Below are positions 1 to 12,501 of a stretch of 64,000 bases of DNA, piece by piece (position 1 is the first letter of the stretch; each line of letters begins with the position of its first letter). The stretch lies in the NCBI GenBank assembly GCA_965153285.1, contig OZ229118.1. One strand, 5' to 3'. The notes below the pieces were generated by a model. The model was given only the letters and a program-made list of their open reading frames with translations, was not told the origin of the DNA and ran no database searches. The position numbers and the translations under genes were made by a program. The DNA is from Podarcis tiliguerta (Eukaryota).

Positions 1-125
1 CCACATGACCCGGAAGCTGTACGCCGGCTCCCTCGGCCAATAAAGCGAGATGAACGCCGCAACCCCAGAGTCGGCCACGACTGGACCTAATGGTCAGGGG
101 ACCCTTCACCTTTACCTTTACCTTA
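1..125 (+). mobile_element. Sauria SINE (Squam1), 3' part cut by window edge
   Basis: ccacatgacccggaagctgtacgccggctccc...ggtcaggggaccc plus (ACCTTT)n tail; near-identical to copies at 22857 and 36397. Confidence 0.9.
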
Positions 126-154
126 CCAGCTTTCCCAAATCCTCCTAGCTCAGC

Positions 155-702
155 TGTCCCAGGAGCACTGACATTTTACACAGATCAGAGAAAGGCAAGG
201 TCACAACACTTAGTAGACTTTATTCAGGAATCCTAGGAATCAACAGGAAACAAAGGAGACTCATGAAATATGCACCCTTATAGTGAGCCATTGCACAGAC
301 TGTCTTGCACCTCTGCCTTCACTGTATTTCCTCTGAGTCAGGCCCATCTCTCTATGGTGAGTCCCAAGAGACCCTCTCTGCCCCTGTTTCGCTTTCTGCT
401 CTGTTATGTGAAGCATGCACCTAGTTCTGGGAGTGGAGGCTGTCAGGGGTGGCCTTCGAGGAAGCTGCTAAGTCTGAATCCTGTCTTTGCTCTGTGCTGG
501 GGCACCAGCTTGTTTCCCCGTTTGCCTCACCCTCCAAATTCCCAGTCTCCAGTACCTTCCAGCTCTTCCCCTCCTCTGGGGTGTGACCAGCTGTCCATCA
601 CCAGGATCCTAGGTCTAAATCATCTTCCCCTGTGCTTTTCTCCTGGGGGGCTCTTGGTCAGGCAGTTTCCACCACTCCTCCTCATCCAGCCAGTCCCTGA
701 CA
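155..702 (-). mobile_element. Solo LTR (548 bp)
   Basis: Minus strand starts TGTCAGG and ends GGGACA, has AATAAA near its 3' end (plus-strand tttatt near 219-224), and is flanked by a perfect 5-bp TSD TCAGC (150-154, 703-707). Confidence 0.8.
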
Positions 703-1989
703 TCAGCCCAGACAGCTGCCCACAGGCCAGCCCTGATCACTGAGCATGGGTGGCTACAGATAACCTGCTGTTCCTTTCCAGTTATACTTCCTTGCCCTGA
801 CCAGACCCCTATCAAAATGCAGGGTGACGTCTTTGCTCGTTAATCACAGTTTGGAACATATGTGCACCCATATGGGCACATGTTGTGTTGACATTGTATT
901 TATTTTTTTGTAGCAGGTACCAAAGATATGAAGACAGTTTCCCATTAAAAACATGAAGATAACTTTAAAAATTAATGTCCTTGCGTCTGGTACAACCACC
1001 GATGTATTGCCAGGGAGCAGGCACGAATTGTTTCTCTGATGTGCTGCTGCTAACAGTGGCGGTGATTTGCAGCTTTTAATTGTGGCTAAGCGCTAATATT
1101 TAAATTTGTACACCTTTGCATTGCAAAACAAATTTATGATGCAGAACCCTGAGGCTTAAATTGGAGGCAATTATCTTTAAGATACAATCACACTACCCTA
1201 TTTGTCCATGCACAGATCTGTAAAAATTGTCCTTCATTTGTTGTGGTGCTTCGAGATGAATTTTTGATTAGAGTCCCATTCCCCCACCCCCTTTAATGCA
1301 AACAGACCATTGACTGAAAATCAAAATAACTCTTTGTTGGGAAATGCATCAAGGTCAGGACAAAACAGAGGATTTCTGCAAATTGACATGGAATATTATT
1401 TATTTCCTCTGGGAGGTTAATGCACCTTTTCAATCACTGGATGGCAGCAAAACCCTTTTGTGAGACTGGAAACTTTAGCAGGGAAAATGTATCTGTATAA
1501 CAGAAAGACAGCTTGATTCTTTTTTAAAAACATCATAGTGTAACAACGACTTTCAATTAAAGCATAAATTATGAGTTCCTTTATTCTCTACTAATAACTG
1601 AGAGATAATGCTTTAGGAGCATTTTAGCCAGAGGAATATAGCAAACTGGTTCCGTGTGTAAATATTCCTTTGCAGTGGATGGGGTGAGGGGAGAGGGGAG
1701 AAGGTATGGAATTTGAATATTAATAATAAGAATAATAATAGTTCATTTGCTTCCTATGAAATATCTTCAGGCAATTTCACAATGCAATAAAAATATTTAC
1801 AAAACAATTGCACATATAAAAACAATTAAAACAATTGCATATATTAAAAACAATTTCAAATCATGTATAGAAATGGACTGAATTTTTTTTTTAAAACTCC
1901 ACTTAGAAGGCTTAGCCTCTCCTGTGGAACACAGTGATCACTTTGGTGTATAAGGGACAATATGATATTTTAGTTATTAACATTAATAT

Positions 1990-3230
1990 TAATATACCTC
2001 CCTAAACCCGCAGGTCTCAGGGCCATTCTGGTCTCAGTTATCTTGGTCCCGAGATGTGTAGGGTTTTATACACCAAAATCGGCACGTTTAATTTCGCCTG
2101 GCAGCCAGCTGAGAGTCAGTCCTCCAGTGCCAGCAAAATAAGATGGCAATATTTTGATCATGTGAAAAGTTCAGCTGACACATGTTGTATTAGCTGCAGC
2201 TTTTGGGTGCAGCCCCATGGAGACAGCATTGCAGCATTCCAATTTAGAGGTCGCCAGTGCATGCAATACAATGGTCAGGCTATCCCAGTCCAGAAATGGA
2301 TGTAGCTGTTTTACCAACTACAGCTGCGAAAAAGCATTCCTAGCCACTGTGGAAACTTGGGCCTGTAGTGACAGAGATGGATACAGGATCACCCACCGAG
2401 TATGAATCTCCATCTAAAGCAGGCAAATAACCAATTACCAACACTTTGGAGCCACTCACATACTGTGCCACTCACCCATATGATCCAGGGTTGGCTTGTT
2501 GGCCCTCATCCAGGAGAGCCAGTGTGGTGTAGTGGTTAAGAGCGGTAGTCTCGTAATCTGGGGAACCGGGTTCGTGTCTCCGCTCCTCCACATGCAGGTG
2601 CTGGGTGACCTTGGGCCAGTCACACTTCCTTGAAGTCTCTCAGCCCCACTCACCTCACAGAGTGTTTGTTGTGGGGGAGGAAGGGAAAGGAGAATGTTAG
2701 CCGCTTTGAGACTCCTTAAAGGGAGTGAAAGGCGGGATATCAAATCCAAACTCTTCTTCTTCTTCTTCTTCTTCTTCTTCTTCTTCTTCTTCTTCATCCA
2801 GCCTACAACTGAGTCTTCTCCTGGTTCCTAAATTACAGAGAAGTAGAGCAGGGTATCACCAACATACTGATGGCATCTTGGCCCAAAGCTCCTAATGCTC
2901 ACACTCCCCTGGCTTTATGTAGGTGTTAAATTGCATCAGAGATGATACCCTGCGGCAGTCCCCCTGCTCATCTGCCAGAAGGCTAAGGGATAGCCACCAA
3001 ACACTATTCTCTGAAACCGCCCCTGGAGTTAGAATCATAAGCAGGGTAAAACTATGGGTCCCTAGGGCCCATGTCAGTTCTGAGGATGCCATGGCCAAAA
3101 GCTGCCGAAAGAGCAAATAAGAATAACAGAGTCACAATGTCCATGTCCTTCTCCCTATAAAGGTCATTCGACAGGGTTACCAAGGCTGATTCAGTCCCAT
3201 AACCAGACCTGAAGTTGGATTGGAATGAGT
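1990..3230 (-). mobile_element. Degenerate L2-clade LINE ORF2 (RT) fragment, interrupted by a SINE
   Basis: Minus-strand peptide DSFQSNFRSGYGTESALVTLSNDLYREKDMDIVTLLFLFALSAAFG resembles the L2 RT motif FQSGFRxxxGTETAL...LLDLSAAFD; frameshifted and with stops. Boundaries approximate. Confidence 0.8.
2514..2794 (+). mobile_element. tRNA-derived SINE with (CTT)n tail (Squam3-type)
   Basis: Head GAGAGCCAGTGTGGTGTAGTGGTTAAGAGC with A box and GGTTCG B-box-like motif, (CTT)n tail, TSD (T)CATCCAG; four more copies in the window. Confidence 0.9.
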
Positions 3231-3270
3231 CAGTTGGGGCTTCCTTATTGCATGAAGTCCAGGAAAAGAA

Positions 3271-3272
3271 GT

Positions 3273-3320
<48 letters not shown>
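3271..3320. repeat. Compound microsatellite (GT)13(GA)12
   Basis: Read directly. Confidence 0.95.
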
Positions 3321-3693
3321 CACTTTTATTTCTGCTGATAATATTGTCATAGCAAGGATGCAGCAAACCTGTGGTATTATGAAAGTGCCACTATCTCATC
3401 CCAGGGATTGGAAATGTCTAAGATCGCTCAGCGGTAAAGAACCCTGACAGGTAAATTACCATGACAAGTGCAATCTGTATGTTTAAAAAAAGATGTGGCA
3501 AAATGCTTAAAGAGCTGGTAGTGTGGAAACAGAAGGAAGTGAGACTTGCAGTTGTTAATGCTTTTTTTTCCGGATAAAGGAGAGAAAACACATAGACACA
3601 CACACACAGGAACACGAAGTCAAGAGAAATGAATGGCAAGCAACTGAGACCCATCCCAGTTCACATTGATAAACATCTGGAACATGGTAGAAC

Positions 3694-3694
<1 letters not shown>

Positions 3695-3760
<66 letters not shown>
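3695..3760. repeat. Compound microsatellite (TC)21(AC)12
   Basis: Read directly. Confidence 0.95.
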
Positions 3761-4014
3761 AGAAGAAGAAGAAGAGGAGTTTGGATTTGATATCCCGCCT
3801 TTCACTCCCTTTAAGGAGTCTCAAAGCGGCTAACATTCTCCTTTCCCTTCTTCCCCCACAACAAACACTCTGTGAGGTGGGTGGGGCTGAGAGACTTCAA
3901 AGAAGTATGACTGGCCCAAGGTCACCCAGAAGCTGCATGTGGAAGAGCGGAGACGCGAACCCGGTTACCCAGATTACGTGACTACCGCTCTTAACCACTA
4001 CACCACACTGGCTC
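3761..4014 (-). mobile_element. Squam3-type SINE inserted in a (CA)n tract
   Basis: Reverse complement of the 2514 element with (GAA)n tail on the plus strand; CA repeats on both flanks. Confidence 0.9.
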
Positions 4015-4840
4015 ACCACACACACACACAAACACACCTTCTCTTTCAGATTAGCAGCCATCATTCCTGATTTTTCAATAAATCAAACTATTGAAGGAAG
4101 GGTAGATAGGCAAGTCACTCACTTGGTGGCTGGTTAGTGTGGTAACCAATGAAGCAGCTTTCAGTTGGTGTTTTCATTTGTTTATTATTATTTTTTAATA
4201 TGACCTGCCTCCTGGACAATTGGTGTGTTGCATATAAATAAATCTGAGCCGTATCAAAACCTCAGTGTAGTTCTTGTGCAATGCTCATCATTAGAGGGAA
4301 ATTTAACTTCAGCATTTAATTTTTAATTCCCTATTAAAAACAGCCCATAAAATAAATCATGTCTTTAACTCAACAGTTCCATGGATTTCAATTTTTTTTC
4401 TTGCTGATTAATCAGGTTAAACTGATTAAGTTAAATTATCTTCAAGGTGCAACTGATTGACCTACTAACCAAAGTTTATAGCTCTTTATATGTTAAAAGG
4501 TATGATCCAGTCATAGTTAAATAACTTCCCATAGATTTCCGTTATACCAGGGGAGGGGGACTTTGGCCTGATACTGTTCCCAGTTTGATTCGTGAGACCA
4601 TTCTTTGCAAACCAATCCCCTCTCTCAAACCTGACATCGTATGTGACATCTGGTACGGGGCAGGGACCCATTAGCTACAAATGAACAATTGGGAGCTTAA
4701 CGTAAGCTTGTTGTGCTACTTCTGCCCATCAGATTATGGGCAGTGGAATACGCCATGTTCCAATAGCCCAAAGCAGTTTGCATTGCATTGCAGCTGTTCC
4801 AATGAACATTTTGACAGGTGGAGGAGACAACCCTTCTCTT

Positions 4841-4988
4841 TGCATGCAGAAGATCCCACGTTCTGCCTCTGACATCTCCAGGTGGCGCTGGTGAAAACCC
4901 GTACCTCTGCCAGTAATTGTTGTCAACACTAAGATAGATGGACCAATAGTGTTAGGACTCAGTATAAGGTGTCTTCCTGTGTGTTCCA
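4841..4988 (+). mobile_element. Old tRNA-derived SINE-like repeat (degenerate)
   Basis: tgcatgcagaagatcc...gatggaccaatag...gactcagtataagg; related to segments near 6585, 17150, 37240 and 45550. Confidence 0.55.
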
Positions 4989-6250
4989 TTGTCTCTCACC
5001 TTATAGACTTTTGGAGGAAAGACGTTTCAGAGGCTCCCAGAGCACATTTGTTTGCTACCACCAGGACATAAAACATGGTAGTGAGAGTGAGGTGCATTCT
5101 TTCTTCTGGGTGTGCCTCCATTTTTGAGAAAGGTTCTCATGAGACATCTTGATCAGCCTTATTTAAAAGTACTTGGCTTCAGCTATGCTCATCATTTGCA
5201 AAGAAGAAGAAAATCCTCCATCTTGTTCTTATTCAGTTTGACTGCTCTTGATGATGATGATGTTGTGCCCATCATTTGCAACATGATGGGCATAATTTTC
5301 TCTGGTTGGATTTGTTTATTTATTTCAGGCATTTTTATCCCTGCTCATCAGCCAGGGGCTTACAGGATTGGGGCTAGGGATGGGTGAATCTGTCAAATGG
5401 AGTGATTTATGTTTATTTGGAAGCTGAAATTAAACATTTCTGCAATTAATTGTCTTGATCCAAGTTGATAAAGGCTGGTCTGTGCTTCCTGAAAAAGAAA
5501 AGAAAGAAATGCAATCAGTTGTTAAATATTTGAAGCTGGAAAATAAGCAGGCTGCATGTTGACTTATAAACAACATGGACAAGATTCAAATGAATATCCT
5601 TTTTTTAAAGTCGTTTGCATAGGAGTTTCTATTTGTTTTTCTGTATCTTGGAAGTCACTCTTAACAGCTATGAAGATGAAGTAGAGCATTTAGTGGCTCT
5701 TTTCTAGAAATGCTTATGAATTATTTTTGAGAGTATGGGACAGTAAATAACTTTCAGAGGTATAAAAAACTACTGAGCTTATCATTTACCCCAAGCATTT
5801 CAAGTAAAGGGCAGTAAACATTCCAGTTAATAAGACGATGTTCCCCATCTACATTTAATCTTCAACCAGACGTGGAGTTTTTATGCTTGTGGTTGTGCAG
5901 AGGATGACTCATTTGGAGTCAAGATGTGATATGTTATTCAGTGGCAAGCTACAGAACCCCTGGCAAGGACTGCAATTCACTTGAATGTATATTTTCATCT
6001 GCCTTCTTGTAATGGAAAAAGATTATGAGTTCCTCCCCTCACATTTTTTTCCAGCTTTATGCAGTTTTGCTAGGTGGCAAAGATTGTGTCACTCACAATA
6101 AAAGGTGCTCCTTAGTTTCGAGCAACTGAATTAAAATGGCTTTAGTCTAGTGCAGGGGTTTCGAAAGTGTGGTCTGTAGATCACTATTGGTTCAACAAAC
6201 TTCACCCAGGTGGTTTTTTGGTGGTGACTTTGCAGCCCAGTGTAGTCATG

Positions 6251-6283
<33 letters not shown>

Positions 6284-6439
6284 GAATGGCAGACACAGGA
6301 GCTGCTCTGCCCTTCTCACAACCCAGCAGCCCACAGTGAAGATGAATAGGTTGGATCATAAAGGAAAAGGGGGAAGTGGCTCTGCCTTAATCAGAGGAAT
6401 AAAAACCATTGCTGGTGTCAAAACACAGAAAGATCCCAA

Positions 6440-6578
6440 GCAGGGAAAAGCGTCAACCTTGGGTTCCCAGATGTTGTTGGAGTACAACTCCCATCATCCC
6501 TGACCCCTGGTCCTGCTAGCTTGGGATGATGGGAGTTGTACTCCAACAACATCTGGGAACCAAAGGATGAGAAAGGCT
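6440..6578. mobile_element. Palindromic hAT-type MITE
   Basis: Long inverted repeat ttcccagatgttgttggagtacaactcccatcatccc / gggatgatgggagttgtactccaacaacatctgggaa. Confidence 0.8.
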
Positions 6579-6626
6579 ACTATAGACAGTACTGAGCCAG
6601 ATGGACCAATGGTCTGAACTGTTATA

Positions 6627-6849
6627 CAGTCATACCTCGGGTTGACCGTTTTCAGGTTGTGAACCGCGGTGACCTGGAAGTAACGGAACTTCCGGGTTTT
6701 GCCACATGCACAAACGCTCAAAATGACATCACGAGCATGCGCGGAAGCGGCAAATCAAGACCTATGCATGCCCAGACGCGGGTTGCGTTCGCTTCAGGAT
6801 GCGAAGAGGGCTCCAGAACGGATCCCGTTTGCATCCAGAGGTACCACTG
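6627..6849. mobile_element. Tc1/mariner (Tigger-like) MITE
   Basis: TA|CAGTCATACCTC ... GAGGTACCACTG|TA; TA TSD; splits an older repeat. Confidence 0.85.
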
Positions 6850-7679
6850 TAATGGGACATCCTATATTCCCAGTATTCTCTAGCCAGACTGGCAGCAGCT
6901 CTTCCTGGTCTCTGCAAATGTCTTTCCCATCAACTGCTACCTGCTGGCAATGCATGGCATTGAACCAGTGACGAGACCAGAATAATTGAAGGAGACTAAA
7001 GTGAAGTTGAAAAGTAGCAGTACAAATCTGGTGGAAAGTGGTCTCAGCCCAATTTTCACGGACTTAGATTCCCCCTCCCCCCAAAAAACCCCAAACCAAC
7101 CTGCATATAAAAAGGGAAAAGTTGTTGTCAAGCCACTATTTTGTGGGCATGGAAACTTTTTCAGTTTGAGGGGCACATTTCCAGCCAAGCAACCTTTTGG
7201 GGGCCACAGGCCTGTAGTGTGCGGTGCCAGATTCAAAAGTGGGCAGAGCAACAAATGTATATTTTATTTCGGTACAGTAGGCTTCTCTCTACACCCACAC
7301 AGAAACACCTGAGGTAACCTTGAGACATGAGATTTCAAGGACACATTCTAGCCAGGCAAAATCACTCATGGAGGTTGTGAAGCAGAGCTGGTGAGGGAAA
7401 AGGTTTGTGGCTGAGGAGGGACTGTGGCCTGAGGAGAGTCCCCACCACCCCTGCAAATTATATGAAAATAACGGGAAGCGCCTAAGCTTGGTGCTTTATC
7501 TTCACTGGTTTTCATTGACACCAAAGCTGCATGAATCAAACTTGGTGGATATGTGTACTGACTTCAGGTTTTTTTTAAGAACATATAACTTAAATCCCGA
7601 TATGCAAAATAGTTTAGAAAGAAATGTAAAGGAAGAGTTATAGCTTGCCCTTTCTTGCATGTAGCTCATATAAGATCAG

Positions 7680-7945
7680 TCTTACTCACACATCACATAG
7701 TTAAACTGTGGAACTCACTGCCACAGGATGCAGTCATGGCCACCAACTTGGATGGCTTTAAAAGGGGATCAGACGTATTCCTGGCTATCAGCGGCTACTA
7801 GTCATGATGGCTGTGCCCTGCCTCTGTGGTTGGAGGAGTGCTCTTGGACTCAAATCCTGCTTGCGAGTTTCCCACAGGCATGTGGCTGGCCACTGTGAGA
7901 TCCCGATGCTGGACTACATGGACCATTGGCCTGATCCAGCAGATT
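7680..7945 (+). mobile_element. CR1-type LINE 3' end fragment
   Basis: catagttaaactgtggaactcactgccacaggatg...gatggctttaaaagggg...ggcctgatccagcag; a related degenerate copy lies near 55655-55990. Confidence 0.65.
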
Positions 7946-8761
7946 TTGGGCACCGTGATCTTGTGCAATTTTGTACTGCGATCTCCCCTTGGAAAAAGCA
8001 CGTTTTGGAGCTCTACGCAAGATTGCTGCTGGAAAAAGTTGTTTTTCTGGGGGGGGGGGGGGGAATTGCGGTGCAAAACCGCACGAGAATGGTATCCGTC
8101 CTCTTGTGAGAAAAAAAGGGCATGTCCCAGTAACACTTTAAGGGAATGTAACTTACCTGTGTAGGCCTTTCTTGAAGTCTGGTTGAGCTCTTAGTTTTCA
8201 GGTCTGTGGCCCATTGGAGTAGACTCTTTTGCACATTTGGTAAACTAGCTTGAAGGGGAAATAACAGAATCCTCCCTGGGCAAAAACTGGATTCATCCCA
8301 CACCCTTCCCACTGCTGCTTTTATACATAAGTGGGAGGAAGCATGTCCATAGGATGCTGTGGCGTGCAAGATATAGATAGAAGGCACAGAAATGAATAAT
8401 CCGTGTAAGAGCATAAATTCACAATACAGCTTTCAAATGCTGAAAATAATATCCAGAGTGTTTGCAAACACACAGCCTTTGAATAGTTTGGGGTATGTGC
8501 CTCTGGGTATGTGTGCACCCACACAATCCATTATTTCTAATAGTTGAGCAAAATGTTATGTATGTTTGCAAACAGACAGTAATAACTGATTTAAGGCTGA
8601 CATTCATTTGTAACGATAATTTCCTGTCCTTTACATTGTTTGCTTTGCTAGTTAAAAACGGAGCTTTGTAAATGAAATTTCAAGTGACCCTTTCGCTAGA
8701 GAATTATTAATGCAACGTTATAATAGATACACTATTACTTAATATTATTGGGATTCTGTCT

Positions 8762-8775
8762 GTTTCCATAGCAAC
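8762..8775. promoter_or_regulatory. RFX X-box-like motif GTTTCCATAGCAAC
   Basis: Close match to the RFX consensus GTNRCC/YATRGNAAC in apparently unique sequence; motif match only. Confidence 0.35.
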
Positions 8776-9020
8776 CATGGGCCTATGTCTGCTCCACTAG
8801 TAAACATGGTATTAAATCATTCCTTGATAAAGGCCTTTTTTCCTGAAATGTCAGACTTTCATCCTTTACCATGCTCCCCTCTCTCAAATGGCCTTTTGTG
8901 TGTGTGAATGTGATGTTTGTAAAGAATGAGATAACAAAACTAGTGTGGAAAGGACTCTTGTTAATGGCCTTGTCTATGTATATGTATGGTAATAGGAGTT
9001 GGGAAAACAGACTGTACCAC

Positions 9021-9058
<38 letters not shown>

Positions 9059-9195
9059 TCATATTTTTGAATTCTCTGTGTGAGAAACAAAAACAAACAA
9101 GCAAAAAGCAACAACTTACAAATATATAAAAAACAGGATGACAGACAAATGCCTGGGATATTTTCTCCCTGTCATGTCAGTTTCCTGTCATGATT

Positions 9196-9200
<5 letters not shown>

Positions 9201-9247
<47 letters not shown>
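9201..9247. repeat. (TA)n microsatellite
   Basis: Read directly. Confidence 0.95.
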
Positions 9248-9249
<2 letters not shown>

Positions 9250-9557
9250 TACATAAAATTACATGAAACACTGCAAGCTGAGGTAACTGCCTCAGCAACA
9301 GATATTTGGGTGTCATGACAAGGCAGTAAAGCACTAGCTATTTGCAGCGCAACATATAATTGCCTAAGTAAGTCTCATTGCAATCTTACTGTTCAACAGG
9401 ATTGTACCCTTACTATTGTACCCCTTACCCCTGCTTTGGTTTGTTTGGTTTGTTTATGCTTGCATACTGTTCATTACTGTTTTTGAGCAGTTCCCTTGTT
9501 CCCTTGCATGGTTGGGAGGCTGCTCTTGGTGGGGCTACACTCCCTCTAAATGAGCAG

Positions 9558-9675
9558 ATGGATACTGTACTTTTACTGTATTTTTTGTTTCTATGGAAGC
9601 CGCCCAGAGTGGCTGGGGAAACCCAGCCAGATGGGCGGGGTACAAATAATAAATTATTATTATTATTATTATTAC
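9558..9675 (+). mobile_element. Short L2 3'-terminal fragment nested in the older L2
   Basis: gccgcccagagtggctggggaaacccagccagatgggcggggtacaaataataaa plus (TTA)n tail. Confidence 0.75.
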
Positions 9676-9894
9676 ACAGCATGGGAGTCCTTTGGGGTCC
9701 ATTGCTGTTGCTTGAGGCTCAGGCTGCCTCAGTGGCCCAGAGCGCCTCCCATCTGCTTCGGCTGATGGCTCAGCTGCAGCCCTATCGGGAAAGGGATAGC
9801 ATAACTTATGTTGTCTATGCCCTGGTAACCTCTAAGATAGATTACTGCAATGTGTTATACGGTACATAGGGCTTCCCCTGAAGACGGTTTGGAA

Positions 9895-10162
9895 CAGGGG
9901 TCGGCAAGGTTTACCTTCACTCCAGCAGAGATTCCTCCATGAGCCGGATCGTGCACGCAGCCGCGATTTCCAGTGTCTGCGCAGCCGCGATTTCAGGCAT
10001 CTGAGCATGCGCAGATGTGACTTCCGGCACTGCGGAAGCAAGTCCCCATGCGTAGCACATGGGGACTCGCCGAGCGGGTGGCTCGGTTCGGGGGGTGGCT
10101 TGTGGGCCAGTTTAACCTGATTAATCGCTTGTGGCCCATGGGCCTTAGGTTGCCTACCTCTG
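9895..10162. mobile_element. hAT non-autonomous element with GC-rich interior
   Basis: TIRs CAGGGGTCGGCAA / TTGCCTACCTCTG; perfect 8-bp TSD GTTTGGAA (9887-9894, 10163-10170). Confidence 0.9.
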
Positions 10163-12501
10163 GTTTGGAAGCTTCAGCTAGTGCAGAATTCGGTGGCCAG
10201 GATATCCTCCAGGGCAAGGTGGTTTGAGCATATCACATCAAACCTGCATTGGCTGCTGATTAGTTTCTGGGCCCAATGAAAAGCGCTGCTTTTGACCTAT
10301 AAAACAGCAACTCAAGGACCACCTCTCACCCATATGAACTGACCCGAATCCGGCAATCATCATCTCAGGTGCTTATTCGTGTGCCTCCTCCACAAGAGGT
10401 CCAGAGAATGGCAACATCGGAACAGGCCTTTTTTGTGGTGGCTCCCTATTTGTGGAATGTTCTCCTCAGGGAGGCTTGCCTGGTACCTTCGTTACATATC
10501 TTGAGGTGCCAGACGAAAACATTTCTCTATAACCAAGCTTGTGGCTAATCCATTAATCTATAGCCTTTTAAACTGTGTGTGTTTAATGGGGGGAATGTTA
10601 TTGTTTCGTTTGTTATTATGTTATTACTTCTATGTTTTTATAGTGTAAACTGCCCAATCCTCAGAGTGAAGTGTGGTACTTACATTTAATAATTAAAATA
10701 AATAATAAATAAATAAATACTAGACGTCTAATGATGTTCACCTGCTGGAATAATTGATATTTTGGTTTCCTCCTACACACACTGTCGAGATCCTCACGTG
10801 CCCCCTGAAACTGCCCCAGAGGATCCCCCAAATCTCCAGGTCATATTTTGAGGGTGTCCAGGAGGAGGAAGAGGAAGAAGTTCTGTTGAACAAATGAAGT
10901 CAGCTCATGGATCGTTGATGTTGTTGTTGTTGTTGTTGTCAGGAATGGAGAGAGGTGTTCTTGTCTCTCAGGTGTCAGAATAACTTGTCTGCCAACAGCA
11001 GTAGTACAAAGCAGGTTGTAATAAAAAAAATGGCCTAAATATATATTTTAGAGGGCCTTGTCACAGATCAAGTAGCTGCAATACTGGGTTTCTGGCTGAA
11101 TCTGTTGTTATTTATAAATTACATTTTGTTGCGAAAAGTATAATAGCACTGAAAAGTGTATGTTTCATACATATGCTGTGAAATAAAATAAATACGCTCC
11201 ACAGGGACTTGCTACCAATACTGGCTCTCTGATAACTGTATCTGCATAATACATGTACTTGCCTCATTTGCATGTCACATTCTTAGATGGGCATATTTTG
11301 TATTTAATTTTCAATAAGTATTATGATTAAAGGCATGCGAGAATACAGAGAGAAGCTGCTGCCAGATCTCTTGGGTAATGATAACGTTTATGACAATCAC
11401 TTGACATGAAGTGGATGAGGTACAATGGCAAGTTCATGAAATGGATTGCTATGGACAGTTCACCAAGCTCCCCATTTGTCACAGTCAAAAAGCAGGTTTG
11501 TGACATGCTTGTCACTTCTGATATGTACTGAGAGACAATAAAAAGCTGTCATGGGTGGTTGACAGTATGAATGGATGGAGAATTTAGAAGAGGGCAGACA
11601 GGAGCTGAGACCTAATGGAGATTAATTTTTTTTAAACAATGTTACTTGACCTAATCTATCCCCTGAACAATATTTTGGTTCAACAGTTGCTGGTTTTCTT
11701 TCTTTCAGTATAAGAAAGAAAACCAATATTTTCCTCAAATGAAAATATTATTTCCGATGGGCGGCTTTGCAGGAAACTCCTTGTTCTGTTTAGCTTTGAA
11801 TTTCTAAATTCTTTATAGTGATGGTAGTTATGATGATATCTGTAATCTTTTAGACTAGCATAATCTATTTACAGTAAAATAGCAGCTTCCGCATGCCTCC
11901 AGGCAGACAGATACCTCTTTAAATTAATGTTTCAAATCGGTGAAATAGGGCTAAGAAATAGCCAGCTGTTGAGGTGTGATGCTAGAAGCATTTATTTAAT
12001 GCTGTCCCATCTGTTTTAGGGCACTGGATTAGTGCAAGGTGTGCAGTTTGGTTTCCGTGTGTTTATAAAAAGGGTTTGAATTGATATAATTATTGTGGGG
12101 CAGTGCAGTATATCTACTGTCAGCATCTTCCAAATGTAGGCACAGGGAAAACAAGCCAGCCAATGCATAGTAGTTTTCAGCCCCATTGATTTCATGAGGG
12201 TTTTATACCCACTTACTTGGGAGTAGCTCTATTGAACTCAGTGCAGAAAGGAGATTTAATGGAAGCTCCGTGTGCATGCATGAAGTGGAGGCTGGTCCAT
12301 TAGGGTAAATGGGGCATTGCCCCACCAACCCTGCTCTCAGCCAGTTGCTATGAGCAGTTCAGGGGGTGCTCAGCAGGGAGGAAGATGCAGACAAAACTAG
12401 AATGAATTGGCTATATTTGGCTCCAGGTATGCCTGTCATTGACTCTATTTATTATTTGGGCTCCCTGCCCGCCACCCCCACCCCCAATAGGTAGCAGCAG
12501 C

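Larger units (their letters stand above)
9495..10720 (+). mobile_element. L2 LINE 3' fragment carrying two nested insertions
   Basis: Peptide VVYALVTSKIDYCNVLY is typical of L2 ORF2; continues through LHWL-like and APxLWN-like segments to a (TAAA)n tail near 10700. Confidence 0.8.

Noticed and set aside
2456-2797. Poly-Lys, poly-Phe and poly-Gly/Glu ORFs sharing SLDLISR (also 3781, 34331, 52130, 52194)
   Set aside because: Translations of the Squam3-type SINE and its (CTT)n tail.
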